A stretch of DNA of 64,000 nucleotides from a virus (Duplodnaviria > Caudoviricetes): positions 32,001 through 96,000 of IMG/VR virus record IMGVR_UViG_3300049198_000021. The stretch is one strand, 5' to 3'. Below, one piece after another: positions 27,538 through 36,914 of the stretch (position 1 is its first letter; each line of letters begins with the position of its first letter). The translations under genes were made by a program, and so were the position numbers. The notes beneath the pieces are model-generated. The model was not told where the DNA came from. It was given only the letters and a program-made list of their open reading frames with translations, and did no database searches.

Positions 27538-27857
27538 GCAATGTCCTTTCTGAAACGATCAGCAATTTCAAGGACTTCATCCCAGTATGAGAGATCGAAA
27601 GCATTCTGCATTTCACGAGCAGCTTCATGCTGCTCGGCTGGGAGGATGATGAACCCTTGGTTGATCAGGTTTCCGATGTTGTCTTGAACACCACACCCCT
27701 CAGGGTCAGCCATCTCAGCCAGCCACTTACGTCGCGCCGGGGGAACCAAAGAGCCGATGATGCAAGGTGCAGCATAGTCACACAACTTCATATGTGGTTT
27801 GGCCTCTTCCAGCTTCTCGGCCGTCAGGTCGCGCAGGTCGATCTTGATGTAGCTCAT
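27534..27857 (-). CDS. paralogue family A member 2
   Basis: IKIDLRDLT...APCIIG...MQNAFD...WD. Confidence 0.7.
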   Translation of the reverse strand: MSYIKIDLRDLTAEKLEEAKPHMKLCDYAAPCIIGSLVPPARRKWLAEMADPEGCGVQDNIGNLINQGFIILPAEQHEAAREMQNAFDLSYWDEVLEIADRFRKDIA

Positions 27858-28273
27858 GCCGGGGCTCCCACCGGTGGTGTGTAGCTCAGGTCGTAGCTCC
27901 GGGCGAGATCGATTGCCCCCAGTTCCATACCGTCCAAGAAGTCTCGGACATCCAGTTCGGTTGGGCGGGCCGGTGAGTCGTGTAGGTTGGTCTGTGCGTC
28001 GCACAAGAAGTCGAGGAGCTTATCATCGACATCGAAGCCGAGTTCGTCGTAGATCGAACTCAAGGAGTGGCGCTCCAGTGTCGGATTATACTGGTCGTCA
28101 GGGATCAAGGCACCGACAGCACACGCGCATCCATCGTCCCCGCGATAGGCGCACACCAAGCGCCCATCGTCAATCACCATTTGCGAGGGCTTACCTTGCC
28201 GACGAAGGTGGTTCACCATCGCGTCGAAGGCTTCCTGCAAGGTGTAGCTGGTGATCGGTTTGGCGGCGGGCAT
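27854..28273 (-). CDS. hypothetical phage protein
   Basis: CAYRGDDGCACAVGALIPD; GGAGA RBS. Confidence 0.7.
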   Translation of the reverse strand: MPAAKPITSYTLQEAFDAMVNHLRRQGKPSQMVIDDGRLVCAYRGDDGCACAVGALIPDDQYNPTLERHSLSSIYDELGFDVDDKLLDFLCDAQTNLHDSPARPTELDVRDFLDGMELGAIDLARSYDLSYTPPVGAPA

Positions 28274-28304
28274 CGGCTGGTCTCCATGTAATTGCTGTTC
28301 GAAT

Positions 28305-28333
28305 CAGGTAGGACAAATCTTCCTAGTCGTCAA
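28305..28333 (-). promoter_or_regulatory. class-2 promoter copy
   Basis: TTGACG-ACTAGGAAGATTTGTCC-TACCTG. Confidence 0.7.
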
Positions 28334-28587
28334 CCGCAATCTTGACTTCACGCTGGTGCGGATAGTAGAAGCAGTGATGCTCTCCGTGGACCACCGTGAA
28401 GGGTCCCTCGTAGAAGGCCACGTCGGAGTGAGTGACATCCACCCGACCGCAGGTGCAAGCTATTTGGCGCACGGGTCGAGCGGTCCGCCCATAGGCCAGC
28501 CGCAGCACATGACGGTCTTCGTCCAGCTACGCTTGGTCTTCTTACAGCTACGGCATTGCCGTAGTGGTGCCTTAGGTTTCTTGGTTG

Positions 28588-28986
28588 TCATGGTAGGCCA
28601 ACAGCTTCCTTTGCTATCCGTCGGCAGTCTTCCCGTGATAGCTCTAAGCCGCGCATGGCGATCAATACCAAAGCTTCCTGTAGCTTCGCGGTGATGACAC
28701 TCAACTCTTGTGTTTGCTCGAACCACAGGAGCGCTTCGGCGGCGTTCTTGTGTTTCTCTTCCATCTGCAAGCCGATGGCTTTTTTCAACCGCTCGATCTC
28801 AGCGGCTGGGTCTTTCATTCCCACACACGCATTGACGCAAGCGACGATCCGGGCCGCGTTGGCTTCGGAACAGATCGGGTCGCGGCACCAGTTATCCCGC
28901 AAGCAGCCGTCGTAGAAGACGCGCTCGATGTTGTCCGGCTGGTTGGGATCGAGCCGCCACGGCTCCTTGGTATGGGGCTTGGTCAC
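28588..28986 (-). CDS. hypothetical phage protein (HTxEPW...ANAARIVACVN)
   Basis: ORF track. Confidence 0.65.
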   Translation of the reverse strand: MTKPHTKEPWRLDPNQPDNIERVFYDGCLRDNWCRDPICSEANAARIVACVNACVGMKDPAAEIERLKKAIGLQMEEKHKNAAEALLWFEQTQELSVITAKLQEALVLIAMRGLELSREDCRRIAKEAVGLP

Positions 28987-29219
28987 AGCATCGGTTCCTT
29001 GTTGCCGATCCCATTGATCATGTAGCCCAGCGCGGTCGATCCGGCGGCGTCGTTAAGGTTAAGGCGGCTGTCGGCGACGCGCTTGTCCAGTCGCTCGATC
29101 GTCTTGAGCAAGGCGGCGGATTGCATGATGTCGCCACAGTTCAAGGCGAGACGCTGCATCGCCAAGACGTGCTTCGCGATCTCGTCGAGGTGGTTGTTCC
29201 AGTCGGGCGTGACGCTCAC
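28983..29219 (-). CDS. hypothetical protein
   Basis: ORF track; coupled. Confidence 0.55.
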   Translation of the reverse strand: MSVTPDWNNHLDEIAKHVLAMQRLALNCGDIMQSAALLKTIERLDKRVADSRLNLNDAAGSTALGYMINGIGNKEPML

Positions 29220-29380
29220 GACACGCTCTCGTAGAAGGCCAAGGCGCGGGCGGCCTTCTCGGCAACATCACCGGGGCTGGTTCCGTGGATGGCGAAGGCC
29301 GGGTTGGCGTCTCGCACTGCAAGGAACGTGCCATCAGGGGCGGAAAGGATGCGAAATAGTTCGTTGGGCGTGATGGTCAT
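29216..29380 (-). CDS. hypothetical protein (54 aa)
   Basis: Own translation MTITPNELF...; overlaps at both ends. Confidence 0.5.
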   Translation of the reverse strand: MTITPNELFRILSAPDGTFLAVRDANPAFAIHGTSPGDVAEKAARALAFYESVS

Positions 29381-29964
29381 TTCGTCGTGTCCTGAACCAG
29401 ATTGGTGAAACGGTCGTGAACTGCCACGGCGATCTCGTAGGGCGTGATGTCGTTGCCGGAGTTCACCGTGTTGGCGATCAGCTTCTCCAGTTCCAAGAGC
29501 GTGGGTTTTTCCGGGGGAGCTTGGGTGGTGTAGGTTCCTGCACCTATTTCCTCGGCTGCATTCTCCAGACTGGTGAAGTAGCCGGCCCAGTAGCGTCGCC
29601 AGAACACGTCGCCCATGTCCGGCTTCAACTCTTCGTCGCGGCAGGCTTCCTTGGCCTTACCAGCCGTGAAGAGAAGCCACGCCACTATGTTCTTCTGCGT
29701 CACCGATTCTGCTCGCTTGAAGCCGGCGCGGAAGCCGTTCATGTAAGGAACCCGCGTGGCGTAGGTCGAGAACTCGCACGTCTCCATGGCCTTCGCCAGT
29801 TCATCCTCCACCAGTGAGGGAGGCTTCGGGTCGGGAGCAATCAAGCCACGAGCGCGCCACCGCTCCAGTTCTTCTTCGACGAAGACGGCCGGCGCGTTGA
29901 CCTTCGCCAACAGAGCGCGGAACTCATCAGCAGTGATCTTGGTGGGCGGCGGCGTCTGGTTCAT
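29377..29964 (-). CDS. paralogue family C member 1
   Basis: Similar to 30163-30606 (RGLI...LV..ELAKA...NGFR.GF.RA). Confidence 0.65.
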   Translation of the reverse strand: MNQTPPPTKITADEFRALLAKVNAPAVFVEEELERWRARGLIAPDPKPPSLVEDELAKAMETCEFSTYATRVPYMNGFRAGFKRAESVTQKNIVAWLLFTAGKAKEACRDEELKPDMGDVFWRRYWAGYFTSLENAAEEIGAGTYTTQAPPEKPTLLELEKLIANTVNSGNDITPYEIAVAVHDRFTNLVQDTTK

Positions 29965-30170
29965 TCGACAAGTTCCTCGCGGATGATTTGGGTGAGGTGG
30001 CCGATCATGGCGAACAGAGTTCGTTCGAGGCCGGGGGTCAAGAGATAGCTGCTCGATTTGGCGGCTTCTTCTATTGCCGAGAGGCGCGTGATGATCCGGT
30101 GACGCTTTTGAGCCGCCAAGAAAGCCTCGCTTTGCGTGTCGATGGTGTAGGTTTCTAGCTCATCAATCAT
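29961..30170 (-). CDS. hypothetical protein
   Basis: ORF track. Confidence 0.55.
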   Translation of the reverse strand: MIDELETYTIDTQSEAFLAAQKRHRIITRLSAIEEAAKSSSYLLTPGLERTLFAMIGHLTQIIREELVE

Positions 30171-30606
30171 TGACCAGCTCCATCAGAGCAGTGTGGAGAC
30201 GGGTGACGAATGCTTCACCCATGTCTCGGGATGTATCGCCTGCCTCGTAATCGAAATCGCTTTGTTCGATCATATCGGCTTCATCGAGCGAAGCTACCAC
30301 AGCCGCCCACACCTTTCCCCGTGTCAGCGCCGGGCGTTCGGCTGGTGTGATCTCCAGCGCACGATCGAAACCCTTACGGAACCCATTGGACCAAGGGATG
30401 CGGTTGCGCTCGTCTTGAAACACAGCACCTTCAATGGCTTTTGCGAGTTCGCTATCCACCAACGGGACAGGCTCGGGCTCCGGCTCAATCAGGCCGCGTT
30501 CTCGGAGATCGTTAAGGACCTTCTTCCGCATGTTCGGATAGGCCCAATCGTCCATAGCCTTCAAGAACTCAGCCTCAGTCAGTGGAGTGGTGTTTGTGGT
30601 GGACAT
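30163..30606 (-). CDS. paralogue family C member 2
   Basis: Similar to 29377-29964. Confidence 0.65.
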   Translation of the reverse strand: MSTTNTTPLTEAEFLKAMDDWAYPNMRKKVLNDLRERGLIEPEPEPVPLVDSELAKAIEGAVFQDERNRIPWSNGFRKGFDRALEITPAERPALTRGKVWAAVVASLDEADMIEQSDFDYEAGDTSRDMGEAFVTRLHTALMELVND

Positions 30607-31055
30607 TAGCTTCCGCCTCCGTGGTCAATGATATGTTGGGCTTGTTTGAGGGCGTCTTGATTGACTTCCCGATGGAGTTGCCCTTCCATTCGCAGGCGGC
30701 GCTTGGGATCGATCTGGCGGCAGAACTCCACAGCTTCCTTCACCGCAGAGTCGTTCGGGTAATCACCAGCCGCGTAGAGAAGCAGGCTATCGATGTGCCG
30801 CCACGCCTCGTGTTTCAAACGGTCGTTGTCCCGTTCAAGAGACATTCCACGGTCGGTAGCCAGCCCAGCGGTCTCAGCCAACCACGCATTGCGTTCCAGC
30901 AGCGGTGCTTTGATGTCCTCTTCGAACTGTGCGAAGACTTCGGCCGTCGTCCGGAAACCCTTACGCTCGCGGATCGTCTTGGCGACGCCGTGTTGGTTAA
31001 GGAACTCGTAGAACTTGGCGGCAGCTTCGATGGCGGCTGGCGACGGGGTGATCAT
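30606..31055 (-). CDS. hypothetical protein
   Basis: ORF track; coupled. Confidence 0.6.
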   Translation of the reverse strand: MITPSPAAIEAAAKFYEFLNQHGVAKTIRERKGFRTTAEVFAQFEEDIKAPLLERNAWLAETAGLATDRGMSLERDNDRLKHEAWRHIDSLLLYAAGDYPNDSAVKEAVEFCRQIDPKRRLRMEGQLHREVNQDALKQAQHIIDHGGGS

Positions 31056-31366
31056 GCTTCGGTCTTCATGTATTTGTTGGCGATCGACAGGACGCCATCC
31101 CAGTCGGCGGAATCAAAGTATTCTTGGATGTCGCCTGCATCTTCCAACTGCTCGGGCGGGATGTCGAAGACGCCCTGCTCGGCGAAGTATCGCACGCAGT
31201 CCTGCGATGCCGTCTCAGCCAGCCCGGCCACGAAGTAGCGCTCGGTCTCGGTCATCAAAGCGCCGATGACGCAAGGGGCGGAATAGAGGCACTTCCCCAA
31301 CTCGGGATCGCATTGCGCCAGCAGTTCCGGGGTGAGGTTGTTGAGGTCGATCTTGATCTTTGTCAT
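31052..31366 (-). CDS. paralogue family A member 3
   Basis: IKIDLNNLT...APCVIG...IQEYFD...WD. Confidence 0.7.
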   Translation of the reverse strand: MTKIKIDLNNLTPELLAQCDPELGKCLYSAPCVIGALMTETERYFVAGLAETASQDCVRYFAEQGVFDIPPEQLEDAGDIQEYFDSADWDGVLSIANKYMKTEA

Positions 31367-31584
31367 GGGCTTCTTTCTCTTTTACGATCCCAGTCGGACC
31401 AGTTGCAATACGAGATCACATCATCCCATGAGATATGATCAGCTTGAATTTGTTCGATACGTGATCGGTCGGTGAACAATCCGAACAACCACTTACGTTC
31501 TTTGATAACACTCACCTGATCGGTTGGTGTGACAGGGCAATTAGGTCCGCTGTGTTTCTTCCACTCAGGTCCCACCATTTTCAT
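31363..31584 (-). CDS. paralogue family B member
   Basis: WKKHSGPNCPV. Confidence 0.55.
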   Translation of the reverse strand: MKMVGPEWKKHSGPNCPVTPTDQVSVIKERKWLFGLFTDRSRIEQIQADHISWDDVISYCNWSDWDRKRERSP

Positions 31585-31816
31585 CCTCCACCGGCTCGGG
31601 CATGTAGGCGATGATCTTGGCCGGGAGTTTGCCCGGTTGGTTGGGTCCGCGCTTCCCGGTCCATCGGGCACTCACCCACGAATCCGCCCGCCAGATGTGT
31701 GCCGGCCAGACAGAGCCGTCAGCCAGCATCACCGCAGGGCGTGTGTGACCGGGCACCGGGCAAGGGCCGAGTGTGTGTTCGGTCCAACCATCAGGGATGG
31801 GGTTGGGGTTGTTCAC
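31565..31816 (-). CDS. paralogue family B member
   Basis: WTEHTLGPCPV. Confidence 0.6.
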   Translation of the reverse strand: MNNPNPIPDGWTEHTLGPCPVPGHTRPAVMLADGSVWPAHIWRADSWVSARWTGKRGPNQPGKLPAKIIAYMPEPVEDENGGT

Positions 31817-32229
31817 ACAGGATCGCTTGCGAACATATAAGGTGTTGCACCATGTCGCTGCTCGAAATCATCTTCCGGAAGACCGTGGTCGAGGAGATAA
31901 CGGATGCGCTTGGCGGCACCATGCGGGGTGTTATCCACCACGGTCCACTGGCTATCAAAGCACCACGCCCATTCCTCGGGCGCGAGTTGGAAAGCCTTCT
32001 CCCCATAATCTGTCCACCAAACCGTTCCTTCATCCGCCGGGATACCAGCAGCAGGGCCGTGACCGACCGCGCACGCGATCGTGCCGCAGGAGCCGGCGAG
32101 AGGGGCTTGGTTAATGAAGAAGTGAGCGCGATCAACGGACTGCATATAGGCACTCATCCCGAAGTGCCGATAATCAGCCGGCAAGCCTTCAAGGTAGGTG
32201 GCGAGCTTGTCGAGGTTGGTCCGGTTCAT
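31813..32229 (-). CDS. tandem paralogue D1
   Basis: CGTIACAVGHGPAAGIP...VDNTPHGAAKRIRYLLDHGLPED. Confidence 0.75.
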   Translation of the reverse strand: MNRTNLDKLATYLEGLPADYRHFGMSAYMQSVDRAHFFINQAPLAGSCGTIACAVGHGPAAGIPADEGTVWWTDYGEKAFQLAPEEWAWCFDSQWTVVDNTPHGAAKRIRYLLDHGLPEDDFEQRHGATPYMFASDPV

Positions 32230-32645
32230 GCTGCTTCTTCCTGTGCGAACAGATAGGGCGCGTCACCATACATTTGATATTCCGCGTCTTCCGGAAGTCC
32301 GTGATCCAGCAGATAACGAATGCGCTTGGCAGCCCCGTGCGGGGTGTTGTCCACGTTCACCCACAAACCAGCGAAGCACCAATCGTTCTCGCAGCCTTTC
32401 AGTTCGAACACGCGGCGGGCATAATCAGTCCACCACTCTTCTTCCAGCTTAGCTGGAATACCAGCCGCCGGTCCGTGTCCAACGGCGCAAGCAACCGTGC
32501 CACAGGCCCCGGCGAACGGCGCACCGCTGGCGTAGTTGAACAGACGGTCATCCTTCATGACGTAGACGTTCATGTTGAAGTGCTGATAGTCAGCCGGGAG
32601 CCCTTCGAGGTAGGCGGCGAGGGTTTCGAGGTTGTCACGATTCAT
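32226..32645 (-). CDS. tandem paralogue D2
   Basis: Highly similar to D1; GGAGA RBS. Confidence 0.75.
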   Translation of the reverse strand: MNRDNLETLAAYLEGLPADYQHFNMNVYVMKDDRLFNYASGAPFAGACGTVACAVGHGPAAGIPAKLEEEWWTDYARRVFELKGCENDWCFAGLWVNVDNTPHGAAKRIRYLLDHGLPEDAEYQMYGDAPYLFAQEEAA

Positions 32646-32672
32646 GGCTGTCTCCTGTTGCTGTGTCAGAAT

Positions 32673-32701
32673 GGCGTAGGATGATTCTTCCGGGTCGTCA
32701 A
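32673..32701 (-). promoter_or_regulatory. class-2 promoter copy
   Basis: TTGACG-ACCCGGAAGAATCATCC-TACGCC. Confidence 0.7.
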
Positions 32702-32702
32702 T

Positions 32703-33734
32703 CTATAAATCGACCCGTTCACCACGCAGCGTGCGCTCGGTGATATTGAGGGCGTGTTCTTCCGCGCCCCAGATGGAAACGAAGGTGGCGATCGACAGGG
32801 AGAGTTCTCGATTGTCGGACGTATCATCCATGGCGGCCAGCTTGCGGTTGAAGTCCAGCGCCGCTTTCTCCTCAGCCGTGCTGGGCATGAACTCGCCGCC
32901 CGCCTGCAAGCGCCCGGCCTTGGCATAGGTCTTCTTGCGATACCCAGCCATGACGGGCTTGTTGTATTTGGGGACATAGAGGTAGAAGGGCCGCTTGATC
33001 GAGGTGTCCACGTTGTTCGGATCGAACATGATGTTGACGTTGGCGGTGCGCGCCACACAGGGCTCGTCCTCTTGCCAGAAGATGCGCTCTTCCTCGTCGG
33101 CTTCATAATAGAGGTTGAGGGCGAAATCCTCTGCTGCCTGCCACGTCGGAAACACCCGGACATCACCGTCGGGATCGCGAATCGGCTCCTTCCATACAAG
33201 GACAGCACATTCACCTTTAGTGTGATTAAAGCGTGCCTGTGTGGGAGCCGCCCCGTTAGCTTTACGCCGCCCTACGGGTGCAGTCTCGCCCGGTAGGGAG
33301 ACGCATTGCCAGACCTGAGCGATCGGATTGGCCCGGATACAGTCGAAATGGGTGATCGCGAAGGGCGGGAGAGCCTTTGGCTTGGGCTTCGGCAGGACGC
33401 GATACTCTTTCGGAAGCTGATCCGGCTGTATGCTGGATGTCGGCGACACAGTGGGCGGGTTGAAGAATGCCTTGTTCTCAGGGTAAGCCTTGAGGTGCTT
33501 GCGAGTCGCACGGATCGCGAGCAGGATGGCTCCTTCCATGGTAGGTGCATAACGCTTGAGCGAGGAACGCAGGCGCTTATGTGCGGCAACCACCCAGCGC
33601 ATAGGGTGATCATCGTCCGGATGGGCCGGACGGACCAAGTGGATACCATCACTCCACACTCGTGCAGGGGTCTTATTGGATAGAGAGCCACGGCCGGCCA
33701 TCACGCGTTCTCCTATATAGGTGCATGATGTCAT
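32703..33734 (-). CDS. hypothetical protein (343 aa; start may be 33701)
   Basis: Long ORF, first gene of the leftward arm. Confidence 0.65.
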   Translation of the reverse strand: MTSCTYIGERVMAGRGSLSNKTPARVWSDGIHLVRPAHPDDDHPMRWVVAAHKRLRSSLKRYAPTMEGAILLAIRATRKHLKAYPENKAFFNPPTVSPTSSIQPDQLPKEYRVLPKPKPKALPPFAITHFDCIRANPIAQVWQCVSLPGETAPVGRRKANGAAPTQARFNHTKGECAVLVWKEPIRDPDGDVRVFPTWQAAEDFALNLYYEADEEERIFWQEDEPCVARTANVNIMFDPNNVDTSIKRPFYLYVPKYNKPVMAGYRKKTYAKAGRLQAGGEFMPSTAEEKAALDFNRKLAAMDDTSDNRELSLSIATFVSIWGAEEHALNITERTLRGERVDL

Positions 33735-34240
33735 TATGCCGAGACGACCGACGAGTCAAGATGGCGATGGGATGCTATCGCATTGCTCCGCAGAAAACAT
33801 CAAAAAGTGTCGATAAAAGAAAATGCCGATATATCAAGATGGTAGTGATGTCGTGATGCCTTTTTGCGTTTTAACAAGGAAATGTGATGTGAAATAGGCG
33901 TCATGGAAATGGACCGAGGCGTGAAATCGTTGGGTTGTCGTGATGGGCGTGATGCAGAGGACGTGATGGCGTGATGGAAGAGGGTGTGATGGTGAGTTGG
34001 GCGTGATGAGGGTGTGTTTGGGGTCGTTTTTTACATCGATTTCTTTTTGTCGAAAATAACATTCCTTAATGTTCTCAACAGTTTGTCGCGATCCTGATTT
34101 TTAGCAATAGTTTCTCCAAAATCCCCCGGTGAATCGGCGGTGTCTGGCGGAGCCTCTGTCTGGGCTGTCAGTCCGGTGGTGTGTTCTCCTGTTTATCTAT
34201 TTTATTTATTAAAAGTATATAATATACATACACAGGGGGC
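33735..34240. repeat. non-coding region with GTGATG iteron-like repeats and an AT-rich tract
   Basis: About 10 GTGATG/GATG units at 33840-34010; AT tract at 34192-34230; lies at the strand switch. Confidence 0.6.
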
Positions 34241-34431
34241 TTGACCGGCTGAGACCCGCAGAGATCAGCCGTTTTTGAGCAATTCGACTTTCCGAGATAT
34301 TTCTCAAACTTTTTCGAACCTCAATGTTTTCAACACCTTATTCAATCTGTCCCGATCACCGACATTCTGGCTTGACACCGCGCTCATTCTGACTGATCAT
34401 TGGGCTTCAAAACGAGCCAAGGAGTCGCTCA

Positions 34432-34779
34432 ATGACGCTTACTGGATACCGGCTGGCCGGCACCGCCAAGACTGCCCCGCCAGACTACATTCCCTCACTG
34501 ATCGGGATCGATCCTCAACAGGTAGGTCCGGCCGCTACCGATACCTACTTCGAGCAGATCAGCCTCCCCGCCACCGCCATTAACCTTAACACCGCCGCGT
34601 TAACGCGCTGGGTGTCCTACGACAGTTTGCCGCTGGATCACCGGGACCCAATCGTCGCAGTAAAGGGGGTGGGTGCTGACTTCTACATCCCACTGAGCGA
34701 ACTGGTGGAGATGACCGAGCAATACGGCACCCCGTCTGGTAAGCTGATCGTCGATGGGCTCTTGAAGCTGGTGCGCTGA
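34432..34779 (+). CDS. hypothetical protein
   Basis: AAGGAG RBS; first gene of the rightward operon. Confidence 0.7.
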   Translation: MTLTGYRLAGTAKTAPPDYIPSLIGIDPQQVGPAATDTYFEQISLPATAINLNTAALTRWVSYDSLPLDHRDPIVAVKGVGADFYIPLSELVEMTEQYGTPSGKLIVDGLLKLVR

Positions 34780-35108
34780 TGGAGACGCTTTCCATCACTG
34801 ACCTGATCCGGATCGCGAACGAGGCCCAAGTCCTCCAGCGTATGTCGATCGATCGAACAACGCGGGTGGTGGTGGATCACATCCCAGCACGCTCCAGCAT
34901 GTCGATCGCTCGCGAACCGGGCGAGGATGATAAACTGGAAGCTTACGTCCCAGAAGTCATCACCATCACATACACCTTGGCGGATGCGATGTTCGGGGGT
35001 TCGATCTACGTCGCCCTGACATGCGGCAACCGCGTTATCGTCCACCCCTTCCTCTGGAGCGGTTATGAACACCTCGGCACCGTCAGCATCGCCATCTCGC
35101 AACATTAA
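34779..35108 (+). CDS. hypothetical protein
   Basis: TGATG coupling. Confidence 0.6.
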   Translation: METLSITDLIRIANEAQVLQRMSIDRTTRVVVDHIPARSSMSIAREPGEDDKLEAYVPEVITITYTLADAMFGGSIYVALTCGNRVIVHPFLWSGYEHLGTVSIAISQH

Positions 35109-35160
35109 GATCGAAACCGAACGAACGGCCCTCCGCCAATTGTTCTGGAAGGAAGATGTC

Positions 35161-35442
35161 ATGGCCCTAATGCGGGCCGGGAACTACGACACTTTCCAGA
35201 TCAACATCCCGCACAGCATGTCGGCACAGGAACTCATGGAGATGGTCTTCGGCTCTGGGCCGATCGAACGTCTCCCCGACGATCATGTCACCTTCATGCT
35301 CTCGACGTTCAACATCGGCGATGAGATGTGGGGCGGGATCGCGGCTGGTCTCAACTTCGACGCACCTCTGCGGATCATCGAACCGTTTCACATACCTGAT
35401 CGGACCGTCGCTGGTATCCCGCTCTTCAAGGAAGAACTCTGA
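35161..35442 (+). CDS. hypothetical protein
   Basis: AGGA RBS before MALMR. Confidence 0.6.
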   Translation: MALMRAGNYDTFQINIPHSMSAQELMEMVFGSGPIERLPDDHVTFMLSTFNIGDEMWGGIAAGLNFDAPLRIIEPFHIPDRTVAGIPLFKEEL

Positions 35443-35829
35443 ATGTTCTCATTCCCGGTGACCGTCCCGGTCCGCAAAAACGAATCGATCTTCCCCATCA
35501 TCGTCAGTGTGAATTGCGATGATGTGCTGGTTGTCAAGCCCCTACTTGACAAAGAACCACCTTTTGGTGTAGAGTCTGCTTCTTCTGACATGATACCCCT
35601 CACGGAGATATTGTTTCAGGACGGGCGGAAGCTGCCTGTCTTGGAAAATCACGAAATCATCTGTGGCTATCTCGACGCTTACCTTGCGCTCGAAGAGTTC
35701 TACACCGACCCTATGTTCGTTTGCGAAGAGGAAGTGGTGGAGGATATGGCCGACAGAGGGGATAATGTCGTTCCTCTGTTCGGCTCCAGAAAACCATGCG
35801 ATACATCGGAGGGATCGACCCCGGATTAA
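35443..35829 (+). CDS. acidic hypothetical protein
   Basis: ORF track. Confidence 0.6.
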   Translation: MFSFPVTVPVRKNESIFPIIVSVNCDDVLVVKPLLDKEPPFGVESASSDMIPLTEILFQDGRKLPVLENHEIICGYLDAYLALEEFYTDPMFVCEEEVVEDMADRGDNVVPLFGSRKPCDTSEGSTPD

Positions 35830-36332
35830 CCGGGGCTTTAGCGGTCCTCGACTTCCAAGACTTCCTCCTGCATTTGTGGGACACACCCGTCAACATCACA
35901 AAGGTTGGCGGCAAGCTCCGCAAACGCTGCGACCCGTCCGCTTTCGCGGATGCAATGGCGCACTTCCCCCTCGACTACGCTACAATCGAAAACGTCCAGT
36001 CCCTACCCAGCGACGGTCACGTCGGTGCCTTCACCTTTGGTAAGGTTACCGGGATCGCGATTGGTGTAGCGGCTGGTCTTGACATCCCACTCGCCTCGGT
36101 CGCCCCCGCGAAGTGGAAGATGCAAATGCAGGTGCCGGCCGACAAGAAGGCTGCCAAGCACAGGGCGTCCCAACTCTTCCCTCATTGCACGTCCGGCTGG
36201 TCCCGAGAAATGGACCATGGCCGGGCCGAAGCTGCAATCATCGCGCTCTACACCGCGATCGTCGCCGGGCTCCAGCCCACCCAACCCTTCCAACTTGGTC
36301 TCATCAACGGGACCTTACCTAAACGGAAATAG
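35796..36332 (+). CDS. RuvC-like Holliday junction resolvase
   Basis: GIDPGLTGA, IENV, AFTFG, PAKWK, HGRAEAAIIA catalytic pattern. Confidence 0.85.
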   Translation: MRYIGGIDPGLTGALAVLDFQDFLLHLWDTPVNITKVGGKLRKRCDPSAFADAMAHFPLDYATIENVQSLPSDGHVGAFTFGKVTGIAIGVAAGLDIPLASVAPAKWKMQMQVPADKKAAKHRASQLFPHCTSGWSREMDHGRAEAAIIALYTAIVAGLQPTQPFQLGLINGTLPKRK

Positions 36333-36335
36333 GCC

Positions 36336-36914
36336 ATGTCCCGAAATGAAAGAAACCCCGACAAACCCCAAGGCTATCTGAACAAGAAGCAGGAACTCTT
36401 CTGCAAGTTCATGGCCGAAGGTTGCAACCAACTGGATGCCTACACGAACGCTGGTTACGAACCATCATCGGCCAACGCCTCGACCATGGCGAACAAGCCG
36501 CTGATCAAAGCCCGGATCGAAGAACTGAAACAACAGGCGGAACGCCGCGAGCTTGAGTTTCAGGTCATGCGCCGCGAAGCTGCTGGTGCCCCGGAGAAAC
36601 TGGTGGAGGTCGCTGAGTGGACCATGCAACGCGTCATGGACATGATGGCTGAGAACGTCAAGCTAGCACAGATCGCTGGGGAATACCGAGCAGCCAACGA
36701 AACCTTCAAGATGATGGGCGAAGCCCTCAATATGTTCAACAAGGCAAAAGCAGATGCAGATCAAAGAAACACGTCGGGAGCGAAAAACACGCTTGCTCTC
36801 ATCGAGCAAGTCACTAACGTCTTTACAGAGGCGAGTGGAGGAAGCGATCCATCAGAACACAACGCTCTCCGACCAAGACTGGCACGCGCTGGTAACGCTG
36901 ACGCAATCGACTGA
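36336..36914 (+). CDS. terS: terminase small subunit
   Basis: LNKKQELFC...DAYTNAGY...IKARIEEL HTH pattern; directly upstream of terL. Confidence 0.8.
   Translation: MSRNERNPDKPQGYLNKKQELFCKFMAEGCNQLDAYTNAGYEPSSANASTMANKPLIKARIEELKQQAERRELEFQVMRREAAGAPEKLVEVAEWTMQRVMDMMAENVKLAQIAGEYRAANETFKMMGEALNMFNKAKADADQRNTSGAKNTLALIEQVTNVFTEASGGSDPSEHNALRPRLARAGNADAID

Noticed and set aside
113-33683. Long plus-strand ORFs in the left arm (e.g. 113-916, 1152-1988, 13206-14021, 17736-18662)
   Set aside because: Antisense shadows of coupled minus-strand genes that have RBSs and recognisable motifs; typical of GC-rich DNA
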